Virus record (IMG/VR): IMGVR_UViG_3300005512_000112
Coordinates: 1 to 37,769 of that record
Length of the DNA stretch: 37,769 bases
Direction: 5' to 3' (one strand)
Origin: a virus
Taxonomy: Duplodnaviria > Caudoviricetes
The notes below the pieces were generated by a model. That model saw only the letters and a list, made by a program, of their open reading frames with translations, did no database searches and was not told where the DNA came from. Both the position numbers and the translations under genes were made by a program. Shown here in pieces: positions 1-8,355 of this stretch. Each line of letters opens with the position of its first letter. Within the stretch, counting starts at the first letter, position 1.

Positions 1-46
1 AGAGAGAGAGAGATTGCCGCATCTCCGGAGGCGACGGCGATGCTGA

Positions 47-628
47 TTATGCTGCGCTATCGGCAATTACCGGCGCGGTGGCAACGGTTGCTGGCGGATC
101 CGGCGCTACTCCAGGCGTACCTGCGGGCGCGGGTACGGGCTGCACCTGGGCCGCAATCAACTGTAGCAATTGCAGACGCTCGTCGTAACTGAGGGCGGCG
201 ACTGTTTCTTTAATTGTATCGTATGGGGGCTGCTCATTCTGTTGGGGCCGGGCAGCCCCTGTTTTTTTTGCCACTACCGGCGCACCCCGCGCCGATAGCT
301 CCTGCTCTTGCAGGTACAACCGGGCCACGTTCACCAGCCGCCGCTGCTCGGTGGGGTTGAGTTGGCGGTATATCTGGATAATTTCCGTGGCGGCCAGGTC
401 ATCGGGCTGCCCAGTTTTGGGCGGCAACAACCCGGCCAGCCGAAACACATCGGCGGGATCATAGTGCAGGGCGCGGGCGATGCCCACCAGCACTTCCGGG
501 CCAGGCTTGCGGTCCCGGTTCAATATCCGGCTGATGGTTCCGCTTGTGATTTCAGCGGCCCGCGCCAGGTCGGAGGGTATCATCCCCCGGGCCTGCATTT
601 CTTTTTCAAGCCATTCGGCAAAATCCAT
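47..628 (-). CDS. XRE-family HTH repressor (CI-like) with Pro/Ala-rich tail
   Basis: MDFAEWLEKEMQARGMIPSDLARAAEITSGTISRILNRDRKPG is an XRE HTH; GAGGA RBS before ATG 628; divergent from Cro-like gene. Confidence 0.85.
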   Translation of the reverse strand: MDFAEWLEKEMQARGMIPSDLARAAEITSGTISRILNRDRKPGPEVLVGIARALHYDPADVFRLAGLLPPKTGQPDDLAATEIIQIYRQLNPTEQRRLVNVARLYLQEQELSARGAPVVAKKTGAARPQQNEQPPYDTIKETVAALSYDERLQLLQLIAAQVQPVPAPAGTPGVAPDPPATVATAPVIADSAA

Positions 629-671
629 AGTTTCCTCTAGGAACATTTTATTACCAAAATAGTTCCCAGTG

Positions 672-730
672 GTCAATTCAAAATTGACTCTTGACAAAAT
701 GCACAGAGATGTGATACACTGTTTGACAGT
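672..730. promoter_or_regulatory. Immunity switch: rightward sigma70 promoter plus operator-like palindromes
   Basis: TTGACA (691-696), N18, TACACT (715-720) with extended TG; palindromes GTCAATT-caa-AATTGAC (672-688) and ACTGT-ttg-ACAGT (718-730). Confidence 0.7.
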
Positions 731-760
731 TGGAAGCAATATTTTGACTTGAGGAAGCAG

Positions 761-1054
761 ATGACCACGACAGTCACATTGGGCGACAAAATACGAACCA
801 TCCGGGCGTTACGGGGAATGAGCCAGCAGGCGTTGGCTGATTTTCTGGATGTGCAGCGCAACAGCCTGAGCATTTACGAAACCAATCGGTATCAGCCCAG
901 CCCGGAGACGGTATCTAAAATAGAGGCGGCGTTTGGCGTCCGGCTTAACGAACCGGCTGTCGATGCCGCCTTTGCTGTGCTGGCTAACCGGGCAGCGCGG
1001 GCCAGCCACGTGCGGTTGGCGCTGGCAATTCTGGAGGCCGACAATGCTGGCTAA
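761..1054 (+). CDS. Cro-like XRE HTH regulator
   Basis: LGDKIRTIRALRGMSQQALADFLDVQRNSLSIYETNRYQP; GAGGA RBS before ATG 761. Confidence 0.88.
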   Translation: MTTTVTLGDKIRTIRALRGMSQQALADFLDVQRNSLSIYETNRYQPSPETVSKIEAAFGVRLNEPAVDAAFAVLANRAARASHVRLALAILEADNAG

Positions 1055-1283
1055 AGCAGCAGCTATTGCCGACCGGCAGGCGGCGTTGAGCCTGCCCGGC
1101 CCGGAACAGGTGTACTGGCGACTGGCCGCGGTGCTGTTGTCGCTGGCAGAGACATCCCGATCTGACACTATGAAAGGTAACAGACTCTCCCCCTTCGAGT
1201 TTGATCCTTTGCAGGCCGGGATGCCTGTGGCTGCGAACTGTGTTGCAATCATAGACCAGCCCCAGGAGGCGCGAATGGAATAA
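1044..1283 (+). CDS. Hypothetical early protein
   Basis: ATG 1044 overlaps the Cro 3' end; GGAGG upstream. Confidence 0.55.
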   Translation: MLAKAAAIADRQAALSLPGPEQVYWRLAAVLLSLAETSRSDTMKGNRLSPFEFDPLQAGMPVAANCVAIIDQPQEARME

Positions 1284-1287
1284 TTTG

Positions 1288-1530
1288 CGAGAACAAAAAC
1301 ATTTTGAAGACCCTCCTGTCGGCCACTTCTTGGGGACGTGGGTGACAGGGTGGACGGCAAAATGGCAATTGCTGTTCTCTCATACTTTTTTCCCTCCTTG
1401 AAATGGCCCGGTTGGCCCGCAAACCAACCGGGCCGCATTTACGGCTACGCGGCTCCTCATCGGCTCCACCGACGAGCTGGCACTCCTCGAAAATTCCTTT
1501 CAACCGGTGAGGAGCCTCGTGTTCGTAAGT
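1288..1530 (+). ncRNA. Candidate structured RNA or leader with three long hairpins
   Basis: Stems at 1289-1379, 1405-1434 (11-bp perfect) and 1451-1516 (13-bp, one G-U) in a ~270 nt intergenic gap; strand assumed from context. Confidence 0.45.
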
Positions 1531-1555
1531 CATACGTACAGGATAGCAGGTAAAA

Positions 1556-2032
1556 ATGGAAATGTCACAGATTTCTATAGATTTATTGCTGATTTTGCGG
1601 ATTTCTGGCGGTGTATTTTGGGGGATTTTGTTGGCTGTTTTTATGCAATTCTCCCGGCGTGGTAAATTTCTGGCTACGGAGCGCACCTGGTTGGCCGTAG
1701 TGATCGGGGTGGGGGTTGACCTGCTCATCGCCTACTCTGCCGACTGGTGGACGATTGTATTTGTGATTGTAGGCAGTTCTGCGGGTGTGATTGTGCGCAG
1801 CCTGGTCAACGAGCACGATCAGACCGAGCAGTTGAACAGCAACAGCTACAAATTAAAATGGGCGCTGGAAGACAGTGCGGTTCTGGCCGATGAACAGGTA
1901 ATCGGACTGAACAGATTGTTGGGGCTGGAGCTGCCGCAGGCGGCGCTGGGTCAGGTGTCCGAGCAGTTGAGCCGGGCGCACAAACTCCACGCCGCGATTG
2001 TGGCGGCCAGAAAAGGAAATTATCTGCGATGA
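1556..2032 (+). CDS. Hypothetical membrane protein (about 3 TM segments)
   Basis: Hydrophobic stretches in the N-terminal half; ATGA-coupled to the next gene. Confidence 0.75.
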   Translation: MEMSQISIDLLLILRISGGVFWGILLAVFMQFSRRGKFLATERTWLAVVIGVGVDLLIAYSADWWTIVFVIVGSSAGVIVRSLVNEHDQTEQLNSNSYKLKWALEDSAVLADEQVIGLNRLLGLELPQAALGQVSEQLSRAHKLHAAIVAARKGNYLR

Positions 2033-2310
2033 CGACAAAATACAACTACGGAAAATTTATTGCCACGGCCCTGCCGTTGATTGGGGCCGGGGTGAATGGC
2101 CTGGACAGACTGTCGGCGAAAATGGGGATGCCCCGCTCGCCGGTGTACCAGCGCCTGCGGCAGATGGAGGCCGACGGGCTGGTCAGTCGAGACAATGGGC
2201 GCGGGACTCTGCAACTGACAGAGACCGGGCAACAGATGGCCGGCCACATCAGGCTGGCGCGGCGGGCGGAAAATGGCGTACTTACAGCGATTGAAACTGC
2301 GCGGGGTTGA
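2029..2310 (+). CDS. Winged-helix DNA-binding protein
   Basis: LSAKMGMPRSPVYQRLRQMEADGLVSRD...LQLTETG wHTH pattern. Confidence 0.75.
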   Translation: MTTKYNYGKFIATALPLIGAGVNGLDRLSAKMGMPRSPVYQRLRQMEADGLVSRDNGRGTLQLTETGQQMAGHIRLARRAENGVLTAIETARG

Positions 2311-2536
2311 GTTACCGGATGGCGCGCACATCATCAACCAGCGCAAATATTTTGTGTTTGGTGGTACGGGTTACCCGGTGGTCAAATGTCGGCACTGTTT
2401 TCGCAACATTGTGTTCGTGGAAACGGCGGGCGGCAAACATCAACCCACCGATGTTGACGGACGCAATCATTTTGCCACTTGCCCGGCTCGACAGCACAAA
2501 CGGCGGCGCGGGGCGATACAACCACACTTGTTTTAA
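2273..2536 (+). CDS. Small Zn-finger phage protein
   Basis: CRHC...GKHQPTDVDGRNHFATCP (CxxC plus HxxxC). Confidence 0.65.
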   Translation: MAYLQRLKLRGVELPDGAHIINQRKYFVFGGTGYPVVKCRHCFRNIVFVETAGGKHQPTDVDGRNHFATCPARQHKRRRGAIQPHLF

Positions 2537-2615
2537 TTTCGCATAGCACTACAAACCAGCAGGCTTTTCACCTGTCTGACTTATTCATTAAATAAAAAAT
2601 TCCGAGGTTTCCGGT

Positions 2616-3680
2616 TTGACTGATTATCAGGCGGTATGGGACGCAACAAAAAAACTTATCCAGCCAAAGATGCCGCCTCCGTTGTTTGCGCATCTGGAGC
2701 GCAGCTATCCGGTGCTGGATGAGTCACCAAACGGACATCTGACCATTGCCCTGCCCAGCGAGACGGCGAGGGGGATGGTACTGGCAAACGGGCGCGTCAC
2801 CGACACGATTGACCACACGGTGCAAACGCTGGCCGGGAAACCGGTTGAGTTGCGGTACATTGTGTCCGCGTACTCGCCGGAACCTGCGCCGGAACCGGAG
2901 CCGTTGCCGGCGGCGTTGCGGCGGGCCGATATGCCGCAACTGGTAGAGCCAGACACAATGGAGCTGGCAAAGTTTGACCACGGCACAGCGGTGGGATATT
3001 CCAAGCATTCGCATTATTTGAGCCAGTTTTGGCGGCCATATCTGGGCGCGGTGGCATTTGATGTGTGGGATTTTTTGCGGAGCTTCAGCCGTGATGGCCG
3101 GGCCATCTGGACGGAGCCGCGCGACCTGACTGCGGTGGAGCTGGCCCGACGGGTGGGCGCGCACGTACAGCGGGTGAGCGGTGTGTGGCGCACCTGCCAC
3201 AAGTTTGATGTGGCGTTCCGGGAGGGCGATGTCATTGACTGCTGCGGCCGTCATCCGGGCGCAGAGATGGCCCAGGCCAAGCCCACGTCGGCGTACCCCA
3301 ACGGGCGGCAGGTGTGCCGCCACTGGAAGCCGGGCGCGCTGGAAATTCTCCAGGCCGAGGGGCTGGCCGTGTACGCCAAGCACGGCGACGTGCCACGCTC
3401 GACGTTTTACACGGTGCAGGTATTCCAGCAGCCGCCCCTGCTTACGCCCAACCAGGTCGGCTTGCTGCCGGCCAAAATCCAAACGGCCCACCTGCGCTAC
3501 CTGAGGGGGATGTTCAAGTACAAAAATCTGGACCTGTCGCAGTGGCAGAGCGTCGACGCGTTCAGCTTTCTGGCTCTACTGGAGCCGGAAGCGCGGCAGG
3601 ACGGCCTGATTTTACCACTACCAACGGGTGGTGTATTAAGTGCAGTCGCACGCAATACTATTTTTTTTGATAATGATTAA
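2616..3680 (+). CDS. Replication initiator with N-terminal DnaA domain-I-like region
   Basis: VWDATKKLIQPKMPPPLFAHL...HLTIALPSETARG...KPVELRYIV resembles DnaA_N; FWRPYLGAVAFDVW wHTH-like region; iterons at the 3' end; TTG start with GAGG RBS. Confidence 0.7.
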   Translation: MTDYQAVWDATKKLIQPKMPPPLFAHLERSYPVLDESPNGHLTIALPSETARGMVLANGRVTDTIDHTVQTLAGKPVELRYIVSAYSPEPAPEPEPLPAALRRADMPQLVEPDTMELAKFDHGTAVGYSKHSHYLSQFWRPYLGAVAFDVWDFLRSFSRDGRAIWTEPRDLTAVELARRVGAHVQRVSGVWRTCHKFDVAFREGDVIDCCGRHPGAEMAQAKPTSAYPNGRQVCRHWKPGALEILQAEGLAVYAKHGDVPRSTFYTVQVFQQPPLLTPNQVGLLPAKIQTAHLRYLRGMFKYKNLDLSQWQSVDAFSFLALLEPEARQDGLILPLPTGGVLSAVARNTIFFDND

Positions 3681-3860
3681 GTGCAATTGCACGCAAAAAT
3701 TATCTTTTACGTGCAGTCGCACGCAAAGCAAAATATTTTTACGTGCAGTCGCACGCAATTGAAACCGTATTAAGTGCAGTCGCACGTAATACGGGAACAT
3801 AAGAAGAAGAATCTATTAATAATAAGCAGAAAGAATTATATATTTTAAAAAAGGAGTAAC
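3633..3860. repeat. Iteron array and AT-rich tract: likely replication origin
   Basis: GTGCAGTCGCACGCAA-like copies at 3640, 3681, 3711, 3743 and 3774 (spacing 41, 30, 32, 31), then AT-rich ~3797-3860. Confidence 0.85.
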
Positions 3861-3861
3861 A

Positions 3862-4233
3862 ATGGCCGATCCTGAGAACTTTTACGTTGACCCATACAGC
3901 CGCCAATACTGCTTCAATTGCCCGCTGCCAGATTGCGTGGGTGATCTTGAGCCGTCCTGTCCCATTTACCAGCGGCGCAAACTGGAGCGGGCAGGACGCG
4001 CTCCATCGCTGGCCGGAACGCACACGCGGGCCGTGGCGCGGGTGAAACCGCAACGGGTGCCGGGTTACCTGACGTTGCCGCAGCTGGAGCGCCAGCACGG
4101 CGTAAAGGCCAAAACAATGATTGCCCGGATCAACCGGGGGCGGGTAGATGTGAGCAACTGGTTGCGCGGCAAACGGCGGGCCTGGCTGGTGCCGCAGGCC
4201 GAGGTGTCGCAATTGCTGGAGGTGAGTCAGTGA
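3862..4233 (+). CDS. Cys-rich N-terminus plus excisionase-like HTH
   Basis: CFNCPLPDC...C; GYLTLPQLERQHGVKAKTMIARINRGRV...AWLVPQAEV; AAGGAG RBS. Confidence 0.65.
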   Translation: MADPENFYVDPYSRQYCFNCPLPDCVGDLEPSCPIYQRRKLERAGRAPSLAGTHTRAVARVKPQRVPGYLTLPQLERQHGVKAKTMIARINRGRVDVSNWLRGKRRAWLVPQAEVSQLLEVSQ

Positions 4234-4493
4234 GCGAGCTTTCGATGACGACTAAGGAGGTTCGTATTTTGAACGCAGAGATTTTGGAAACGTTGGGCGA
4301 GCAGGCCGGACTGGTGGCTATTGGGCAGGATGCCCCGCTTACCGCCGACCAGATGCGGCTGACACTAGAGTCTGCGCTGGCCCGGCACTTGTCGCCCCAC
4401 GGCGGGGTAGTACTGACGTGGTGGAATCCGGTCGATGGGCTACGGATGAACGCGCTGCCCATTGCCATTCCGAGAGGTGACGGCGATGGGTAG
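4230..4493 (+). CDS. Hypothetical protein
   Basis: GTGA overlap with the previous stop; GGAGGTGA RBS. Confidence 0.65.
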   Translation: MSELSMTTKEVRILNAEILETLGEQAGLVAIGQDAPLTADQMRLTLESALARHLSPHGGVVLTWWNPVDGLRMNALPIAIPRGDGDG

Positions 4494-4815
4494 AGGCGAC
4501 AACAAGCGACTGGCTGGCTCGTGTCACTTTTGTGGCAGCGATGACACCCTGGTGATTCGCACCACCCGCCGAGTCAATGGCGAAGGTCGCCGGCGCACCT
4601 GCCTGGCTTGTGGGCGTGATTTTTACACCATCCAGCGCGCCGGCCAGCCGGAAGTGTTCGACTGTGTGGCCGCCGACCTGGAGATCAGGTCCGGCGAGTA
4701 CAAGCGGCGACGGCGCGTCTACGTGAAACTGCGGGAACTGGCTGAGGGGTTGCCGCACGTGATGAGTGAGTTGGAAAAGGCCCGGAAGCGGACGGGCGTG
4801 TTAAGTATTGACTGA
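4486..4815 (+). CDS. NrdR-like Zn-ribbon protein without ATP cone
   Basis: CHFCGSDDTLVIRT...RRRTCLACGRDFYT matches the NrdR N-terminal ribbon pattern. Confidence 0.7.
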   Translation: MGRGDNKRLAGSCHFCGSDDTLVIRTTRRVNGEGRRRTCLACGRDFYTIQRAGQPEVFDCVAADLEIRSGEYKRRRRVYVKLRELAEGLPHVMSELEKARKRTGVLSID

Positions 4816-4842
4816 ACTGAGTAAACCGAAAAGGAGTCAAGA

Positions 4843-4929
4843 ATGGAATTTGTTGTGTTTTGGGTTTTGGTAGGGATGGCCTTTGGTATTTTGTTGACCG
4901 ATTGGGCCTACAAGCAGGAGGTGCGGTGA
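4843..4929 (+). CDS. 28-aa single-TM peptide (not in ORF track)
   Basis: AAGGAG RBS; MEFVVFWVLVGMAFGILLTDWAYKQEVR; TGATG coupling to the next gene. Confidence 0.65.
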   Translation: MEFVVFWVLVGMAFGILLTDWAYKQEVR

Positions 4930-5183
4930 TGGCCTGGTTAGTGATCGGCAGAGTGGTCGATGGTGAGACCTACGGCAGCAAGGTGAACGAGCGCACAGAG
5001 GCAGTAGTGCAGTCGGCGGCGAGCAAGGCGGATGCTGCTGACGATGCGTTGGCCAGAGCTGAGGCAAAACATTGGCCGCTGGAGTTACTGTGGGCCGGCG
5101 AACCGATGATTACGGAAGCGCCGGAGGATCGGATGATGCGGGCGATGGGCGCGCCAATGTTGCCGGGGTTGGGCGAACGATGA
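4929..5183 (+). CDS. Hypothetical protein
   Basis: GGAGG RBS; coupled start at 4929. Confidence 0.65.
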   Translation: MAWLVIGRVVDGETYGSKVNERTEAVVQSAASKADAADDALARAEAKHWPLELLWAGEPMITEAPEDRMMRAMGAPMLPGLGER

Positions 5184-5383
5184 CCGAGCGCGAGGCGTTG
5201 AAAACGTTGATAGCCGTAGCCGGCGAGCAGGCCGACAAGCTAAAGTTGGCCGCCAAAATGGCTGAGGCGTACAAGAGCAAAACCAACGTGCCGGCTTCGG
5301 TGTTGCGAGACGCCAGGCGGCATCACGAACTGATAATGGCGGTGCGGATCGCCCGGCAACTGGAGGTGTGGTGTAGTGAGTGA
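5180..5383 (+). CDS. Hypothetical protein
   Basis: ATGA overlap; helical sequence MTEREALKTLI... Confidence 0.6.
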   Translation: MTEREALKTLIAVAGEQADKLKLAAKMAEAYKSKTNVPASVLRDARRHHELIMAVRIARQLEVWCSE

Positions 5384-5561
5384 CGAAACGATGGCATTAG
5401 TATCTGAGCAGTTCGATACCCTGGCCGAGCGGCTGGCTGAGGTGCGGCTGAAGCTGGCCCGTGAAATTGTAGAGATGGCTCAGCGGGTGCAGGCGTTGGA
5501 AACCCAGGTAGAGCATCTGACGGCTCTGTCGGGGCCGACCCCGCCACCACCTGTGGGTTGA
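5376..5561 (+). CDS. Small coiled-coil protein
   Basis: GGAGG RBS; heptad pattern LAERLAEV...VQALETQVEHL. Confidence 0.6.
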   Translation: MSDETMALVSEQFDTLAERLAEVRLKLAREIVEMAQRVQALETQVEHLTALSGPTPPPPVG

Positions 5562-5603
5562 TAAAAAAAGCGCCCCGGCGATGTCACTAGCATCGCCGGG
5601 GCG
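5562..5603 (-). terminator. Rho-independent terminator (minus strand)
   Basis: Perfect 13-bp stem 5571-5583/5591-5603 with an A7 run on + (U-tract on -). Confidence 0.75.
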
Positions 5604-5634
5604 GGGTTCACCGGTCACAGCGGCGAACGGAGTT

Positions 5635-5664
5635 ATTGTAACAGATAACACGGTTGCCGGTCAA
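5635..5664 (-). promoter_or_regulatory. Antisense sigma70-type promoter
   Basis: Minus strand TTGACC, N18, TACAAT with extended TG. Confidence 0.6.
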
Positions 5665-5685
5665 GAAAAAGCAACCGTGTTTTTT
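5647..5685 (+). terminator. Terminator or attenuator hairpin
   Basis: AACACGGTTGC/GCAACCGTGTT stem followed by a T-run. Confidence 0.6.
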
Positions 5686-5705
5686 ATTGGGAAAATGGAG
5701 GGTGT

Positions 5706-5981
5706 ATGTTGGCAATTGTAACCACAATGAAAATGTTGTCTGCCTGGTTGTCGGTGGGGCTGACGCTGGCCACAGTCGCCGCGGCTATCTGGTTGGCTAA
5801 TTACGGTCGCCGCCTGCTAACAGGACTGGCTCTGGATATTATCCAGATTTACGCCGCATTACGGCAGGCTCAGTTTGATGTTTCGTATCGTAAATCAAAA
5901 GCAGAGCTGACCTATGCCGAGGTGCGGCTGGAAATTCAAAAAGAGCGCAAACAGCTACTGGCGCAGATGGAGGAGTTGTAA
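5706..5981 (+). CDS. Membrane-anchored coiled-coil protein
   Basis: GGAGG RBS; N-terminal TM segment and charged helical C-terminus. Confidence 0.65.
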   Translation: MLAIVTTMKMLSAWLSVGLTLATVAAAIWLANYGRRLLTGLALDIIQIYAALRQAQFDVSYRKSKAELTYAEVRLEIQKERKQLLAQMEEL

Positions 5982-5982
5982 G

Positions 5983-6222
5983 ATGGCGCAGTATAGCCAG
6001 GGGGTGATGATTATCAACGTGGCGCCGGATCAGTACGATCTGGCCGTGGAAGTGGGTAAGCAACGCTGGTTTGAGCGGTTTGGTTACCCCGCCGATGTGG
6101 TGTGTCTGCCCACGGGCGTCGACCTGGCTTGCAACCTGCCGGTGGCCGATACGCCGGCGCCGGCCGGATCGGTGATTGTGGGCACGGCCCAACAGAGCTA
6201 CACCCAGGGGCGGTTGGTCTGA
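5983..6222 (+). CDS. Hypothetical protein
   Basis: GGAGGAG RBS; ATG immediately after the previous stop. Confidence 0.6.
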   Translation: MAQYSQGVMIINVAPDQYDLAVEVGKQRWFERFGYPADVVCLPTGVDLACNLPVADTPAPAGSVIVGTAQQSYTQGRLV

Positions 6223-6896
6223 TGACGCGCGATGTGCGGCGAGCTGTGGCGTGGGCATTGGTGGCCGCCGGGTTTGGCTCGGTGGCGGCCTGGCTGCTGT
6301 TCAGTGCGGCCTGCCTGTACAGCGCCGACCTGCCGCTGTGCCGTCATCCCAATGGCGGCTGGATCGTGATGGCCCTGACGGTGGTGCTGTCGCTGCTGCC
6401 GCTGGCATTCACGGCTCGCGAACGGGCGCGCCGGGCGGTAGGGCGGGGGATGTACGCCCGGCCCGTGGGCCTGCGACGGTCGGCTGACTGGGGCGGGATG
6501 TTTCAGAACGTGGCCAGGCTGGTCATCGAGGGGGAGTGGCAGGCGGATCCGCTGCGTCACCCGATGCTCGATGTGTCGGAGCACTGTGGCTGGGATGTGC
6601 CGCTGGCCGATGGTACCGCCGTGCGGGTGTACTGGCACGAAATGTACATCTGGCTGCGGCGGGCCTGGGAATTTCAGCAGGACCCAGCCAACCGGCATCG
6701 GGGGGCAACCAGCCAAAACACGTGGGACGCCGAGATTGGGCGGCCGCAGACGCTGGCCCGTAACGAATTGCTGGAAATGGCCGGGGCTATCCGTCGAAAC
6801 AAAACCAGCGCCAATTCAATTCGCCGGATTGTGGGCACGCCCTGGAGTATTATGGCCGAGCTGTACGAAATTTGGCCGCCGGGTGAGCTGCGGTAA
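6222..6896 (+). CDS. Two-TM membrane protein with soluble C-terminal domain
   Basis: TGATG-coupled start; two hydrophobic segments. Confidence 0.65.
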   Translation: MTRDVRRAVAWALVAAGFGSVAAWLLFSAACLYSADLPLCRHPNGGWIVMALTVVLSLLPLAFTARERARRAVGRGMYARPVGLRRSADWGGMFQNVARLVIEGEWQADPLRHPMLDVSEHCGWDVPLADGTAVRVYWHEMYIWLRRAWEFQQDPANRHRGATSQNTWDAEIGRPQTLARNELLEMAGAIRRNKTSANSIRRIVGTPWSIMAELYEIWPPGELR

Positions 6897-7022
6897 GCGC
6901 GGGTCGGCGGGGGTAAGCGCGGGTGAGCCGCCTATAGAGCGCCGGACCGGGTGCGGGATTTGGCCCGGAATCGGGCAGGGCGGCGGGAATTTACCAACTA
7001 TTATCAATCAATTACGGAGGCA

Positions 7023-7715
7023 ATGATGAAAAAAGCATTTAATACCGATTTTCTACTGTGGCTGGCGCTGATTTTGGCGCTGGCCGGCAGCCTGACCCAC
7101 GTGGCCTGGGGGTTTGCCACGCTGGAGGATGGGAATTTAGTGCTGGGGTACGTGCAGGCCGTGGCAGTTGATGTGGGTATGTTTGCGATTGCAGTCGGCA
7201 TTCAACGCAATCGGCGAGAGGGCCAACGCACGTGGGGGTTGTGGGGTGGGGTGGTGTTCTTTGCGGGTATCAGTACCTACGCCAACCTGCTGCACGGACT
7301 GGCGTTTCAGAGCAGCCTGGTCATCGAAGGCTGGGACGGGTTGGTCGCAATGCGTCCATTTGTGTTGAGCGCAGTACTGCCGATTCTGGTGGTGTATTTG
7401 GCCGAGGTGAGCGCGGCGCGGTGGGGGCAGGCTGACAAACGCTTGCTATCCGAAAAGTTTGTAATCCCGATGGAATTGCAGGCGAATGTATTTTTGCAGC
7501 AATGGTTTGACCGGCACGGCAAAGAGCCGACAGTGCCGGAGATGGTGCATTTCTTTGAGCAGGCCGCCGGGGTGCGGCTGGAGGAAGCGCAGGCCGATGA
7601 GCAGATTTTGACCTGGCGTAAACAGGCCGGGCGGGTTGGGGCGCGACCATCCACGCCGACACTGCCACTGCCCAGCGCGCCGGCCAGCAGTAACGGACAT
7701 CGAAACGGTAAATGA
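7023..7715 (+). CDS. DUF2637/SpdA-like 4-TM protein with C-terminal HTH-like region
   Basis: ALAGSLTHVAW...AVAVDVG...GISTYANLLHG...SAVLPILVVYLAE pattern; GGAGG RBS. Confidence 0.6.
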   Translation: MMKKAFNTDFLLWLALILALAGSLTHVAWGFATLEDGNLVLGYVQAVAVDVGMFAIAVGIQRNRREGQRTWGLWGGVVFFAGISTYANLLHGLAFQSSLVIEGWDGLVAMRPFVLSAVLPILVVYLAEVSAARWGQADKRLLSEKFVIPMELQANVFLQQWFDRHGKEPTVPEMVHFFEQAAGVRLEEAQADEQILTWRKQAGRVGARPSTPTLPLPSAPASSNGHRNGK

Positions 7716-7749
7716 TTTGTGCAAAATTTGCACGGGAGGATAAAAACAG

Positions 7750-8355
7750 ATGGCAGACATCAAACTGACTGAACAACAACAGATGGCGATTTTACGGGAG
7801 ATGTGTGAGTTTATCGAGACACTGGCTCCGAAGCGGCGGGCGCTGCCGGTGGGCCGGTTGGAGATGGAGAACGTCAACTCGGCGCTGGGCGGGCTAGGGA
7901 GAGGTCATTGGCCCTGCGGCATCAAAGACATTTCCCCGCCCTTGCGGGATGGCGTGGTGTTTTACAGTGCCGGTTGGGGCTGGCGATTGCGCAAAGATTG
8001 GAGCGGGGTCTTGGCCCGAAGGGAACGGGTCGAGACGCGGCTTGGTACGGAGAAAGTCCGCATCCTGATGGCGCAGACCATTGAACATTGGGACACGGTG
8101 ATTTATCGGCGGGCTGGTTGGGAGCTGGTGGAAATTGAGGGGCGGGAATTGTGGCTGCCGATTTACCGGCAGGCTGATGATATTGAGGACGAGGAAACCA
8201 AAACCGCACTGGATGAGGACCCGTTTTGTCTGGCCTGTCTGGACTGGTACGGGTATGAGGATTGGGAATATTGGGAACCGGCGGATGGTGAGGGCGCAGC
8301 CTACACCGTGTGCCACTGCGCCAATACTGACGAGTGGTTTGGGGTGCGTGACTGA
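7750..8355 (+). CDS. Hypothetical protein with C-terminal Cys motifs
   Basis: GGAGG RBS; CLAC...CHC. Confidence 0.65.
   Translation: MADIKLTEQQQMAILREMCEFIETLAPKRRALPVGRLEMENVNSALGGLGRGHWPCGIKDISPPLRDGVVFYSAGWGWRLRKDWSGVLARRERVETRLGTEKVRILMAQTIEHWDTVIYRRAGWELVEIEGRELWLPIYRQADDIEDEETKTALDEDPFCLACLDWYGYEDWEYWEPADGEGAAYTVCHCANTDEWFGVRD

Noticed and set aside
1-13. (AG)n run at the window start and possible terminal repeats
   Set aside because: Too short to interpret; no matching sequence at the right end, so circularity is not shown by the termini.
3633-3795. Mini-CRISPR or guide-RNA array
   Set aside because: Repeats are ~16-22 bp with short AT-rich gaps, show helical phasing and sit at the rep gene end; no cas or other RNA-guided effector was recognised. 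Iterons fit better.
3655-3860. Frameshifted extension of the replication protein through the iterons
   Set aside because: A T-run is present, but the frames I read through this region contain stops; no clean extension.
4486-4815. True NrdR repressor
   Set aside because: Only the Zn ribbon matches; no ATP cone and no nrd genes nearby.
6880-6930. GGTAAGCGCGGGT repeated twice
   Set aside because: Short GC-rich duplication with no supporting context.
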